From Atractiella rhizophila (lineage: Eukaryota), in NCBI GenBank assembly GCA_021432655.1, contig MU271315.1, positions 1-64,000 on the forward strand: DNA of 64,000 bases, written 5' to 3'. Below the pieces are notes generated by a model. That model made no database searches and was not told the DNA's origin. It saw nothing but the letters and a program-made list of their open reading frames with translations. Of the stretch, positions 38,062 through 50,456 are shown one piece after another. Each line of letters starts with the position of its first letter. The first letter of the stretch is position 1. A program made the position numbers and the translations under genes.

Positions 38062-38659
38062 TTCAAGTTATTGCACACGAGGAAGAAGTCGTGAGGTTGT
38101 TCTTTGCAATCGTTCGTGAAAATGGTTCCAAGTACTGCTCCCTCGCCTGTAAGCAGCATGCAGGCCAGCCGCGACAGTGCCTTTACCTGATCAAATATCC
38201 ACTCTGGAGCCAATGAGGTACTTTGCTGACTGTGTAGGTCGCGGCCAATGTTGGTGGTTCGCTTGTGACAACGACGTCACAAACGATCATTGTCTGCACG
38301 TGCCGGTTGCACCAGTTGATATCACTATGGTAATAACAGCACAGAGCAGCTGCAGCACTTGAAAAGTATAGAAAACTGATACTATTGCATAGTTGTACAT
38401 TTGTCCAAGAAAGCCAAAGAGCCACAAAGCAGAAAATACTGGAATTCGGTTACATACCAAGCTTGAGAGGAATGAGGAGGTGGAAGAGGATTCCGAATCC
38501 ATGGATTGAGACTGGCCATATTTAGTGCATATTTATTGATGGTGATGCTTGGATTAGTTCGAGAACATGTTGAGCTGAAGCGAGCTTGATGATGGACAGT
38601 ACGTCGGCGTTATTGGAAGGTGTCAGAATTGTTGAGCGAATTAGTCGAGACAAGAAATA

Positions 38660-39978
38660 TTATTTTTTCTTTTGCACCTCCGCTTTCTTCTTCCTCTTCT
38701 CCTCCTCATGCATCTTCAATCTCCTCTCTTCATCGGCATCCTCCTGCCTCGCGAACTTTGCACTCCTCATCTCCTCCCTCCTCACTTCCTCCGCATCTGC
38801 TTCCATGTCGTCGCTCAAGTCGTCATCATGAACAGGTCGATGAGCAGAGCCGCGGCGCAGACTAGCAAGGACGTCCGGAGGCAAAAAGCTGCCAGTTCGG
38901 TACGGTGGCCCATCAGCGTATTCGTCGTCGTAAGAATCCTCAGAGTCTTCTGATGCAGAGAACATAGAGTCTACTCAACGTGTTCAGTATACAAATGCGA
39001 AGACCTAGCGCAACACATACCAGCTTTGGAAGCCTTTGCCTTCTTCACTGGCCTACGATCTGAGGGATCCGGCGCGGGTCGTTTGAGGGACGGTTTCTTG
39101 TTGGCAGCCAAAGCGGAATTGAAAGCAAGGGCAGAAACGCTAGCTGAGGAGTGGGAAGGATGGTTATGAGTGTCGGCACTGGTCGCTCGAGTGCTCGCAA
39201 TGGACGTTCCAACCCTTCCCGAGCTCCCGCTGCTATCATCGCCTCCTTCTCCTTGTCTGCCTGTCTTATTCGCCATCCTTTTGGCCTTCATATCCATTTC
39301 CACCTCCTCGATAGTCCTGGTATCCCTTTTCTTCGTGTTCAATGCATACTGCTCATTCGGATTGAAAGTCCTCCTCAGCCTTTCCCGAGCTGACAGATGA
39401 GCCAAGGCAGGGTCGATTGCTTTTGGTCCAGCTTTCCGATCGAGGACGGTGTCGGGGACGATCGTATACTCCTTCTTCTGTGTCTTGCGAACGCGGACAA
39501 TTGGCTTGCCGCCAGAATTGCTTCGGACACCAAGCGTTCGCTTGGGTTCATCATCTTCGAAAAGCTTTGCAGCCGCTCGCGCAGCCTTAGCTGCTCGAAT
39601 CGCGCTCACGTCGATGGGTACCTCCTCGCCACGAATCGACCTGATTTGAGGGAGACTCGCCTGCGACTTTGACGTCCCTGCCTTTTTCGAGTTCCTCGCT
39701 GCTTTCCTCTCCTTCTCCTCCTGCTCTCTCAAGGCTGCTCTCTGCTTCCGCTTCTCGGCAAACCGAGTTTCCATAGCCAATCTTTCCTCCTCATCTTTCT
39801 TCTTCCTGGCTTCCCATTCCCTCTTCCTTTGCTCCTTCTCCTCTCTCTCTTTCTTTTCCTTCATCGCATCTTCCATTCGTTGCTTCTCGCTCTGGTGTAG
39901 TCGCTCGGTAGCTGCCTTCAAGAGCCCCTGTTGATCTCTCGCAATCGCTTGACGTGCATTCGAAATTATGTCTTTGAA
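38660..39978 (-). CDS. SPT2: Chromatin protein Spt2-like (first coding exon not resolved)
   Basis: Charged N-terminus, LNTKKRDTRTIEEV motif, C-terminal DDMEADAEEVRREEMRSAKFARQED.EE SPT2 domain. Confidence 0.8.
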
Positions 39979-40359
39979 CTATCACAGCGACGAAACGAGT
40001 GTCAGAATATGTTCTGAACTTCAAGGGAATCAGGCCGTCGGCACTACGCCGATGATCTTAATCGATCGCAGCAATGCTGCATCAGCCAAACAGGGCATGG
40101 CCACTGTATGTGTTCCAAGGCCAGAAGGCACATGGTATTCCCAGCGCTACAACCCACTTGGGGAAACATTGTGTTTTATGTATTATCACAACCATACTGA
40201 TATGAGAGTTGAGGAAACCAGTTTGTTGGTTTTACGTTGCGCTTTCATCCCCGAGGTAATCTCTGGGAAACGTAGGCTTTACGCCACTTTGCAGCTCTGC
40301 GATAGAGGGGCATTCCACCACGTCCGCACTTCAAAGACGGAGTGAAGGTTCAGGCATAC
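39979..40359 (-). ncRNA. Candidate structured RNA inside a ~380 nt intron-like segment 5' of SPT2
   Basis: GTATGC donor at 40359, CTGAC branch at 40001-40005, TAG acceptor at 39979-39981; complementary ends and many internal hairpins. Confidence 0.4.
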
Positions 40360-40667
40360 ATAGAGAGTTGCAGGTTCTAAAGTGTGTCAGCATGGAAGAT
40401 AATGAGCGAGAACACGAAATCAGAGCAGAGCGGTTGAAACAATATGCGCATACGGTATAGCTTATAAAGCAAAAGTATGGGGCAAACAGAACATAACGGC
40501 AAAAAGGGTCACTTTTAGCCGGCCTTTCAATCGCCATGGCATACGTCTCCATGGTCAACTTTAGAAAAGGAACAAAATGTCGTCGATTCAAAGCTTGTAA
40601 GTCCTCGCACACGAAGGGTACAAACGACAAACCCCAGGTTCTCACACTCCCACCAAAAATGAAACAC

Positions 40668-41552
40668 TCACACTTCCAACCGTTTGAGAAGGTATGGACA
40701 ATTTCGGCTTTGCGCCATTTGCCATCGCCGCCATAACTTTTCCGTCAAGCTATAAAGCGAAATGCGAGTTCGAGTAGGGGTGAACCAAAAGTAGTCGGGG
40801 TTAGATCGACCAGAATGATATCGAAGCAGAAGTCTTCGTTTAGAAAGGGGAAACAGTTGGAAGACGGCGGACAGAATGATCTGTAATGCGGGAGTGACAG
40901 GTGTGGATTCGGGAGAGGTAAAAGACAGGGATTTGAGCAATATTAATCCGTCCGAGGAACGGTAGGATGCTAGTTAAACGTTGTGATGTTGTGGAGGAGG
41001 TCAGCAAGGGAGGTCGTCGATTTCAATGAGACTAGATGATGAGGATGTGTTTGCGATTGTTTGTTAGGGTCATCAATTTGCATCAATGCGTCAACCATCG
41101 TCATAGCAGCCTTTATAAATTGCGTTTCCTCATCTTCGTACAACGTTGCCTTTGCCATCCCAGCTGCCAGTCATCATATTAACCACCGCTTTAACCTGCA
41201 TATAAGCACCAACATGTTCCTTATACTCCTGAGGCATCTCACTCAATAATCCACATATGATACCACTCGCCCACCATGGAGATAGACAATATGGGTCAAC
41301 AGGACGAGACCCTGCCCATCGAAGCGATTCAAACTGACCAGATCTAAACCCCCACTCGAGACGGTTTCGATCTGGCATGTCATTTCTCTCCCCGAAAAAG
41401 TGACATTTCGCCGTCCATTCTTCGTCCAACAGACTGTGTAACGCATCCACCTCTTGTTTGGTGTAAAATTCTGGAAAGGCGGCAGATAGAACAACCTGTC
41501 GCACTCTTCGCGAACCTAGAATGGGTACGCCATTACGTCGCCGCCAAGTCAT
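40668..41552 (-). pseudogene. Uncharacterised coding-like region broken across three frames
   Basis: Consecutive ORFs 41130-41552, 40970-41158 and 40668-40940 abut or overlap without clear introns. Confidence 0.35.
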
Positions 41553-42109
41553 GCCTGTGAAAAAGTAATAAGTATCTATATGTGTTAAAGGTCAAAGGTC
41601 TCTCTACCTTTCACCTCCTTCGACCTCAGGGATGCCTTATCATTCCCCTCCAGATCTTTGATCTCCTATCGCTCAGTCAGCGTTCAGGAAACTTATTGCG
41701 ACCCGCAGGATCCCTACCATGACAATTCCAAACACTATTCATCCGCGCAATTGATCAGGATGCCATCCTTTTCCGAGCCCTTTTTATTGGCACTGCAATG
41801 AGCGATTTGCGATTGGATGCGTGCAGCTCAGCTCCGTCATGCATAATGGAAAATGCGATAATGAGTCATAAGGCATCAATGGGTGGATGCTTTGATTCAT
41901 GACATCAGAGTAAACCAACGCACACACTGAGCGAGCTCGTAAAGTGCGGGGGGCTCAGGCTCGAGCTGGCACTGTGATTGGCGTACTGATGATGAGACAT
42001 TACCAAGCACGTGATCTCCACTAGACACAACATGAAGGCTATAAACAACTACAGACCTTGAGCAGGCAGCATCCCACTTCACGCGTAATGACCAATTTAA
42101 CACGGGGAT

Positions 42110-42608
42110 CAACCCCATTTCCCCAAGGCAGGGAATACACGAATATTACGTTGAACTATCCTCCGTGCTTAAATGTGTGAGAAGTACCCTGTACAAATAG
42201 AGGGATTACTTACGATGTAAGTTACTACGTGGTCTTTCTGGACCGTAAATAGGTTCCACACCCTCCCGAAAGCCGTACTCGTTTCCTTCGGCTTGATTAG
42301 ACGCGTATTGAACAGCGTGCTTCTCTCTAACCCGGTCATGTAACTGTTGATCGTATTGGCTGCCTTTCGGCCTTGGAAATGTGGAAGACGTCCAGGGATA
42401 TAGTGGGGCGTCGCTAGCTTCATAGTGAGGGTGTGAGTTCGGATCGTGGATATCCCCGTTATCCAGAGTAACTGTTGCTTTTCGGGCGATCCTGCCAAAC
42501 AAAAATGATTCTCAGAACCTCCATTTCAGCCATACACACTCATACACACCATCTCTTAGATTTAGTAAGCCTGCTGGAGTAAAGAGGATGCAAGCTGAGC
42601 CAAGGCAT
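42110..42608 (-). CDS. Small spliced hypothetical protein
   Basis: ATG at 42608; a GT-AG intron joins MPWLSLHPLYSSRLTKSKRW to IARKATVTLDNGD.. in frame; second GTAAGT donor near 42212. Confidence 0.35.
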
Positions 42609-44078
42609 TCGACGGCTGGTCTTCAAGAAGTTATAGCTACGATCGAGCTGGTTTTCTGTCCAAGATTTGTTTTTGACGGGGAAACTGTCAACCAGAGCAT
42701 GCTTTTATGTTTCGTAGAGGAATACCTTTGAGCGCAGCAATGTGCTGCAAATAATGCTAGTCAAGACTCCTACCAGTGCATCGGAGTTGACCAACCTAGA
42801 TCCCTTTGTGCAACAAGAGACTTGCAGCTTGTCGCCTGTTTCAGGTGAAGAAATGTAGTTATCTGGTCACACGCGATTTCTGTGTATTTAGGATTCTTTG
42901 TAATCTTATCACCTTTTGACTGCGTGAAATATATCCTTTGTTCTAAAGTTCTTTATGTCTGCGCTAACCTTCAAAGAGCTAATCTCAGCATCACAAGTGC
43001 AAATTCACACCAGTTGCTAATGCATTCTTCTTTGACTTGCTACTATGGGGAGAAGTTATTTGATGTCGGCAGAATCGATAAGACTCTATGGCGATAATAT
43101 AAGGAGCAGGTATGTAATAACAAGTTGTGACAAGGTATAAGATGGGTGAAGACAAAGGCATGGTGGGGTTCAACTAATTGAACAGCCCTATTACACCTTC
43201 CATCCCTTAACAACCTTTTAAACAGTCATACGCACGCTTGGAGGCTCGTTGGAAGACTTCTACAAAGATCTCAGAGAAACTTGAAATGAAGGATCTCGGA
43301 TAGGAGAAGGATATATACTTCCTGGCGTGGAGAAATTTTGAAGCAACCGCGCGGCAGCCGAGACCATAAATCATGGGGAGAAATGTTCGAGAACCGCTAA
43401 ATTGAACATTGTAGCCAGCACCACTGAACACTGCTTCCAGAGCAGTAACTGACTTCTGTCGAAGGAATGCATAGTTTCGAAATTGCTTCTAGTACAGGTT
43501 TCATTTCGATGCTCATGTACCAAGGATTTTATTCCCGCTTAGGGTAAGAGCAGCCACCAAACAGGAATCGCAATGCGATAAGGAAGACTCGGATGGGGTT
43601 AGGAACTCCAGAGTAAGAGGTACCGTAACCGCCTATTGTGGTATCGTTCTGTATTTCCTATCCTAGCTGTCCACAACTCTACAACCTGATAACACCTCTC
43701 CACCCTTCAAAGCAACTTTCTCGACGAGGTGGATGTGGTTGTTGCCTTTGTTCTTATGCAATTATTTTTTGGCACACAATTTGATTCTACGACATGACCA
43801 CCAGCTTGATTGGTTGACCACACTTAGGCCACAAGCAATCGCCTTTGGAATATTATTCCCCGAGCATCATTGGAGAACCGTTGCGTTGGTGGTGGATTAC
43901 TGAGTTGGACATTGGCACCGAGCTCTGAAATCCATAATTGAGAGTCACAGCTGCAACGTGCAGTCCGTACTGCAGTACTCAGTGGCACTCTTAATCGTAG
44001 TCACCTCGTGCTTGTAACATTATGAGATACATTTTGAACAAATCGGGATGGCAAGATTTATAAACACGAAGGAATAGC

Positions 44079-45636
44079 TCAGCCTCCTACATTCTCTTCA
44101 TCAGCCTCTATCGCCCGTCCCTTCCCTTTATCCCGATCTTGCGTCTCATCCACAACTGTCATAGCTGACATCTCCATCAGCACAAGCTCTATGCCCAAAC
44201 CGGAAAAACACGCACCATTGTAATCCTCTTCGATCCCTAACTTCCTGAGCCTCTCTTTCTCCGCTTCCTCCCTTTCCTTCTCCGTCTCCTCCCTATACTT
44301 CTTGAAATCCCAGTCATCTCCGGCTGGTTCTTCATCTTCGTCTTCCATGAGCAATGGATTGTAGGTGAACTGTAGCAAAAAGAGTTAAGTCCACATCCAG
44401 ATGCAGAAGATGAGATCATACGAGATCCCTTCCACTCATCCCTGTGCCCTTCCCAGCCTGAATCTGAGTCTCCTTAGCTTTCCGCTTCGTCTCTTCCTCC
44501 GCCTCCTTCTTGTCTAATCGCGTCTTCTTCCAAGTAGCGAAACTCTCCGGCGTAACGGGTGTCAGGTTTGCTGGCAACTTCTTGCGCTGTTTCCAGACAG
44601 TCACGGTTCAGCTCGTGAGGAGAAATAGAGCGGGAAAGCGCGCCTCTACTTCTAAAAACTCCTCCATCGTTATAGCTTTCTTGGCTTCCTCCTCCTCCTG
44701 CTTCTTTTTCTGAGATTTGAGCACGAAACCCGGCGGTAGCGCATGCCTGTATTTGCAGTTTACACCACCTTCAAGAACGAGTTGTCAGTATGAGGCGTCG
44801 GAGGACAGAACACTCAGACCATTCGGGCACTCCCAGAACCAACCGTACGTGCCGGCTTCAATAGCGTCAATGAAGAACTTGCAGACAATATCTGTCGTCG
44901 TTTTCGGATTGCCATGTTTCGACAAAACAACTTCAGACAGTTTCGCTTCGTCCCAGGTATCCATTGTGTCTAGTGCTTCCGTTTAGCAATATGCAACATG
45001 GTAAAGCTTCCACCAACCAGTTTGACGAGCATCGGTGTAAATATCTTTCTTTTCGGATTTGCGATCGACGTTCAAGTCGTGCGAGAATTTGCACTTGTTC
45101 CCTGCCCAGCCATTACGTTTACCAAATTGGTGCAGTAAAGTCACGCACCCTTTTCACAGGTTCCAGCCTTGAAGTAAGCACACAGCACACTCTTCGGATC
45201 TATGCTTCCCCGTCACTTCTCCTTCCCAGAGCAGAAGACTGCATAGAAAGAACTCACCGACGCCAAATGGGACCTTCTGCATCTGCACTGGCTTGAACAA
45301 CTCGTTAAGCTCATCTTTCCGCTTCGCCTCAGCCGCCTTCGCTTTTTCCCTGTCAGCTTTCTCCTTCTCCTTAGCCAAAGTCTCCTTATTCTTTCCACGC
45401 TGAGACTCCTGTTGCTGGACAGTCTTCACATATTGTTGGACTTTGGAGGATTTGTTTTTCTGAGCGAGTTGTGAGCGATAGACTGTGGTGAGATGGGTAC
45501 TGCTCACTGACGTTTTTGAGTCCAAATGTCTGGCGCAGCGCAGAACGATCAAATTTGTTCGAAATCGCAAGGACAGGCTCACCTTGTCTTCCTTCGGTTT
45601 GGACGGACCTGCTTGCTGTTGCTTTTTGGGAGGCAT
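44079..45636 (-). CDS. TMA46: Translation machinery-associated protein 46 (ZC3H15/DFRP1; spliced)
   Basis: [30 protein letters not shown], two CCCH fingers, [32 protein letters not shown]. Confidence 0.95.
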
Positions 45637-45820
45637 CTTGAGCAAATCGTCAGATATCGATCGCTTCTTGCAGCAATTATTACAAGACTCGAAGCGAGAT
45701 TACAACCGAAATTACCAAACATTGCAGCTCGGTAACGTTAGTCAGTCCGCATATCGTGATATCACTTTCACTCGCTTTCACGCTTTCACAACCATCAGTA
45801 ACAGCAAGGCAGGGCTCAAC

Positions 45821-47629
45821 ATGACCAGGGACATGACTGACTCTGAGCGTATCAAGGAGGAGGTGAATGAGCTCAAAGGCACAATCGCAGAGCATATAAA
45901 GTGAGTTATACGTGTCACCAGATTACCTGCCCATCAACTCATGCCACTTCTGCTCTGGTTCAGGTTCGCGCCAATCCATATACCAGGTTCAACTTCCCTT
46001 TCCATTAGCGCCAGTTGTCTGATCCCCTGGTAGCGACTCGGAGGCTGCAAACGTTCGCTGTCATGTTTTGGACTGTCTTCCCAGCAGTCTGCCTCTTTCT
46101 CTTCTTCTTCTGCCTGTACATCGCCTCTCTTTCTCTCCATCAAGTTGTACCAGCTCAAGTTTAACGCAGCTCGAAGCCTGTACTATGGCCTATCCTCATC
46201 CCTTACTTGATTTGGGTCTTCTTCATCGATGACGCACCAAATAGCGGGGGCCGACCAAAAGATTGGATTAGAAAGAACAAATACTTCGAGTTTTTTGGAG
46301 GGTACTTTCCTGTAAGCCTAATTAAGGTAAACCTGTCCTTCTGCTCTTTGCTACGTGAACTGAGGACATGATGCAGGAAGCCGACCTTCCAGCGGATCGG
46401 AACTATGTCTTTGGTCAGTCACTCGCTTCATAGTTCAGGAGGAAGCTGAAGAGGCCAAAGGTTATCATCCTCATGGTAAGCGATATTTGGCGAGAGGACT
46501 GTTGACGAGAAATATGACGGTCTTGCAGGCATCATTGGCATAGGAGCAGTTGCTAATTTTGCCTCCGACGGTATGTTTCTTGACCACTATTATCCTTAAT
46601 TGAGCTGATAGTAAGAGGCAGCGACCGGATTCTCGACAGCTTTTCCAGGCTTGAAGCCTCATCTTCTCACACTTTCCTCCAACTTTTACGTTCCATTCTT
46701 TAGAGACATCTTGATGTCTGTTGGTATCTGCTCCGTCAGCTACAAAAGCTGCAAGCGGATCTTAAACTCCGGTGCGCCTATTTCTTCACCAGAACACCTT
46801 CTTGTCTTAAAAACGCTCATTGCTTTCGCGGCGTGGAAAGGCAAAGGAAGCTCGTTGACCATAGTCGTCGGCGGCGCGACAGAAAGTTTGAGCGCTCATC
46901 CAGGGACCGCCGACTTGACGCTGCGACGACGTCTCGGTTTGTGTCATTCAGCTCTCCTCCTCCGATGACTCATTATGTCGTTGTAGGTTTCATCAAACTC
47001 GCTATCCGTGAAGGGGCAGATTTGGTGCCCTGCTTCTCGTTCGGAGAAAACGACGTCTGTCTGCTTTCTGCCCACAGATTGGCAGACCTTGATGTCAAGA
47101 ACAGATATTTGCCCAATTGTCGAACGAGAAAGGCAGCCAATTGCATACGATACAAAAGAACTTCCAGCGGATATTTGGATTCACTCTACGTCCGTAATTT
47201 ATCTCATCTCCCCTCCTTGCCCTCAAGGTTGAATATTTAGCACTGTTCCACGGGCGAGGCATCTTCAATTGTATGTTCAACATTAAGGTTGGTGACGGCT
47301 TGCTCACTTTACATCACACTTAGATACTGTGGGCTTGATGCCCTACCGCCACCCTATCATCACAGTCAGTGAGTACTTTGTGCTTGTTTAGGTTTGACAG
47401 TCGTATCCTAATCATGCAAAAGTTGGACGACCAGTAAGTGTTGTACAAAAAGCAAAGCCAACAATCGAGGATCTGCGGGATGTTCAAGGACGCTATATCG
47501 AGGAGCTGATGCGGTTCGGCTATATTCTGTGTTTCTTGCTTGCCTTAATGACGTTTCTCCAGTATCTGGGAGGAGTACAAAAACCTTTACAGCAAGAACA
47601 GGATCCGCGAATTGAACATCGTGGATTGA
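45821..47629 (+). CDS. DGA1: Diacylglycerol O-acyltransferase 2 (spliced)
   Basis: GYHPHG, IVVGGATESL.AHPG, RRLGFIKLAIREGADLVPCFSFGEND, PYRHPI. Confidence 0.92.
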
Positions 47630-47781
47630 AGGAGCCATTGCAATTGTTGTTTCTCTCGCAGTCTATTGGTGCACTCGGATCAGTTTGCTGGATTTCCCTT
47701 ATATATAGCAGTGTTACAAGCATTCCTAGCATTCTATTTTGTTGGCAACGACAACTTCAAGGATCATTACGAGTACAGTGC

Positions 47782-50456
47782 TTAAGTTTCATCTTCCAAG
47801 CCTTCCAATCTCTTCCACCCTTCCTGAGCCCATTCAACATCCTCCAATTCCTTCACCTTACCCTTGAATGTTCGTACAAGCATTCTTCGCTTCTTCTTCC
47901 CGCTCTCTCCCTCCGTCAAATTGTCGATTGCCTCACTTGTCTCTTGCAGTAGATCCAGTCCTTCCACCCACCTCTCCCGCTGAGAGACCATATCCTGTCC
48001 GAATCGTGCCATCCAAGCTCTATACGCTGCCATGGATGCCTGTAATGATTCTTCCGGTTTGTTCTGATGGAGCAGAAGCCGGGCTTGCGCTTTAAAAAGC
48101 CGAGGAGAAGTTGAACAACGAGTGAGAAGTGTATCAACCAGGCCAAATATGCGTTTGGATAGTGAGAGTGTAGGTGACTCGTCTTTGAGAGCTGCGTCAA
48201 CTAATCGATCGAGCACATCGAGATCGATGCTGTCTTCTCCATCCTTATCCCACCGCATGTCGAAGATTTGATTGAAAGCTCGAACTGCCTCGTCAAATTC
48301 TCCAACTTCGACAGCAACCGTCATGAGGTTCTGCCACATACGATAGCTGTCGCGAGAGTACTTGACTGCTTGTTTGAAGCAAAAGAACGCTGACTGCTTC
48401 CTGTCGTATCCAGTCGACGATTTTGAGATCCCAATATTGGCGAGATCCTCCTCCTCTTCTTGCTTCGGAAGCGCATCGTCCTCCTTCTTTTCCTTCGCCT
48501 CTTGATCCGCTAATCGCAAATGGCAGCTACCAAGGTTGCTCCAGCTCTCTCCCTCCTCTTCTTCCAAACTCACACATCGGCTGAATGCATGAACACCTTC
48601 TTTCCAATCCTCTAGCCTCATATTCGCGCATCCTAAAGTGAACCACGCTTTGGTAAAAAGAGGATGGACGGCTAGAGCTCGCTTGAACCATTCCTGAGAA
48701 CTGCGGAAGTCACTTCTGGAATAGTAAGCGTATCCTAGCGATCGTGCTGCTCGAGGGGTTTTCGAAATCTCGTATGCCTTCTCGTAGGAAGCAACATCTT
48801 GCCCCATCAAATCACCCAGCAGACAGTAGAGCTTCCCAAGTCGGTTCTTATCCATAGTTGTGGTCGTCGCCATTCTCATGACCTCGTCACTTTCCACCTT
48901 CTCCCCTTTGATAAGTTGTTGAACAACTTCTAAACCCTTGTCTACACCCCTTTGGCCGCCCAAATCCAATGATGACAGGTTCAGATAACAATATATGACA
49001 TCTTCCCACAGATGCAAGGACGCAAATACCTCAAGGGCAGATTTGATGACACCTAAAGAGTAGTAGGCCTTTCCAAGTTCTTTAGACAGGGACCAAGACG
49101 ATGGAAACTCTGGCAAATCGAAGAAGAATCGCAATCGATCCTTGGCCTCCTCCATGGCTTGTTCACGATTCAATGTAGCCACTTCAAGGTTCAAAACCTC
49201 TTCCCGTAGCTCTCTCATCTGCCAGACGCCCCTCTCCACCGTTCTGCTCCTTCCGAACTCCAATCTACTGCGTTCTAAAAGGGCAAGCGTAGTAACCGAC
49301 CAATTTGAGGGAGCTGAAAGAATCGGTGCGAGGTAGGAAGACAGTTGTTCCTTACCGGAGAAGCCTAGACGTTGATGTTCTAGTAAATGGAGGAGAAGGG
49401 CTTGAGATCGTGGATGCAGTGGGGGAGGAGGGAATGGAAGGGCTGCCATAGTATTTGGGAGGATGTGAGACGACAGGGACGGGGCTGCCGGCTTTGGAAC
49501 AGGAAGAGGGCTGGTTAAGGAGTAGGTTGGAGCTTCGAGTAACGTGTCGTCGTTCAATTGCAACAGATTTGGAAGTTTTGCCCCATCGATCGAGTAATCA
49601 ATAGCTTCCTTGCCATTCTCCTTGACCAGAAGAACGAGTTGAGCCTTGTCCTCAACCTGAAACTTTGTCCGTTTTCCAACGATACCCGTCAACTCGTATT
49701 CCAAGCCTTCGAGCTCGATCGCTTTCAAGAGATATTCTCTCGATTTCGATATCTCCGAAGAGATGGGAGGAGAGGTGATGGATAGATGGAGGGAAGAGAG
49801 AGTTAGGAGATAGGTAGCACGTAGATCTGGATGGGACGCAAGGTCCACAGGCTCAGGGAGTGACAATATCCACTGCTGTGGCGGGACGGGGGAGTCAAGG
49901 AGGCGGAGATGAAGCAGTGTTGCACGGTGGCACAAAATCGTATGCGCTAGAGGATAATTTTCGCTTAACGGCGTTGGGTACGCTTTTGATTCATCTGGCA
50001 CCTTCAAATCAGTTTTGCCCCTCGCAAAAGAGTCGACGAACCAAGGTTAGTATCTTTTTTATCTTCAGGCAAACCAGGGTGCAATATTCCCAGCAGTTTC
50101 AGTGTCAGGACGAGCAACAGTGGCTGTTTGACGAGATAATACGCTGGCTCTCCCAACCTCGACAATTCTGACAAAGCCTGTTCGTTTGCAGCCGTCCAGT
50201 CGAGACCTCCCTCAAAAAATGGGAGCTTGGAACTTGAATCCTCTGCAGTGGGAGGACCCGTATAGTTCAGCTGTACATATCGAGAGAGGAGCGAATGAGT
50301 AAGCTCAAGGAGGAGCTGAGGCGAGACATCATCGAAATTGACGGCAACTGAGTTGTTGGTAGTGAATCGAAAGAGCGAAGACGGGGGCTTCAACGGATAA
50401 AGAGAAGGAGTGTTTTGGTATTTCAGAAGTGAAACTTCGAAATCTTTTGCGGTCAT
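47782..50456 (-). CDS. EMW1: TPR protein EMW1/TTC27 (one intron, 49995-50041; about 875 aa)
   Basis: [51 protein letters not shown] repeats AWFTLGCA and SWSNLGS. Confidence 0.9.

Noticed and set aside
40600..40900. Possible 2OG-Fe(II)/TET-JBP-like motif (EIVH..W..R..SFV.F) in one minus-strand frame
   Set aside because: No HxD motif, stops interrupt the frame, and another frame looks equally protein-like
49995..50041. Apparent frameshift between the two EMW1 ORFs
   Set aside because: Explained by a 47-nt GTTCGT..CTGAT..CAG intron that restores the frame
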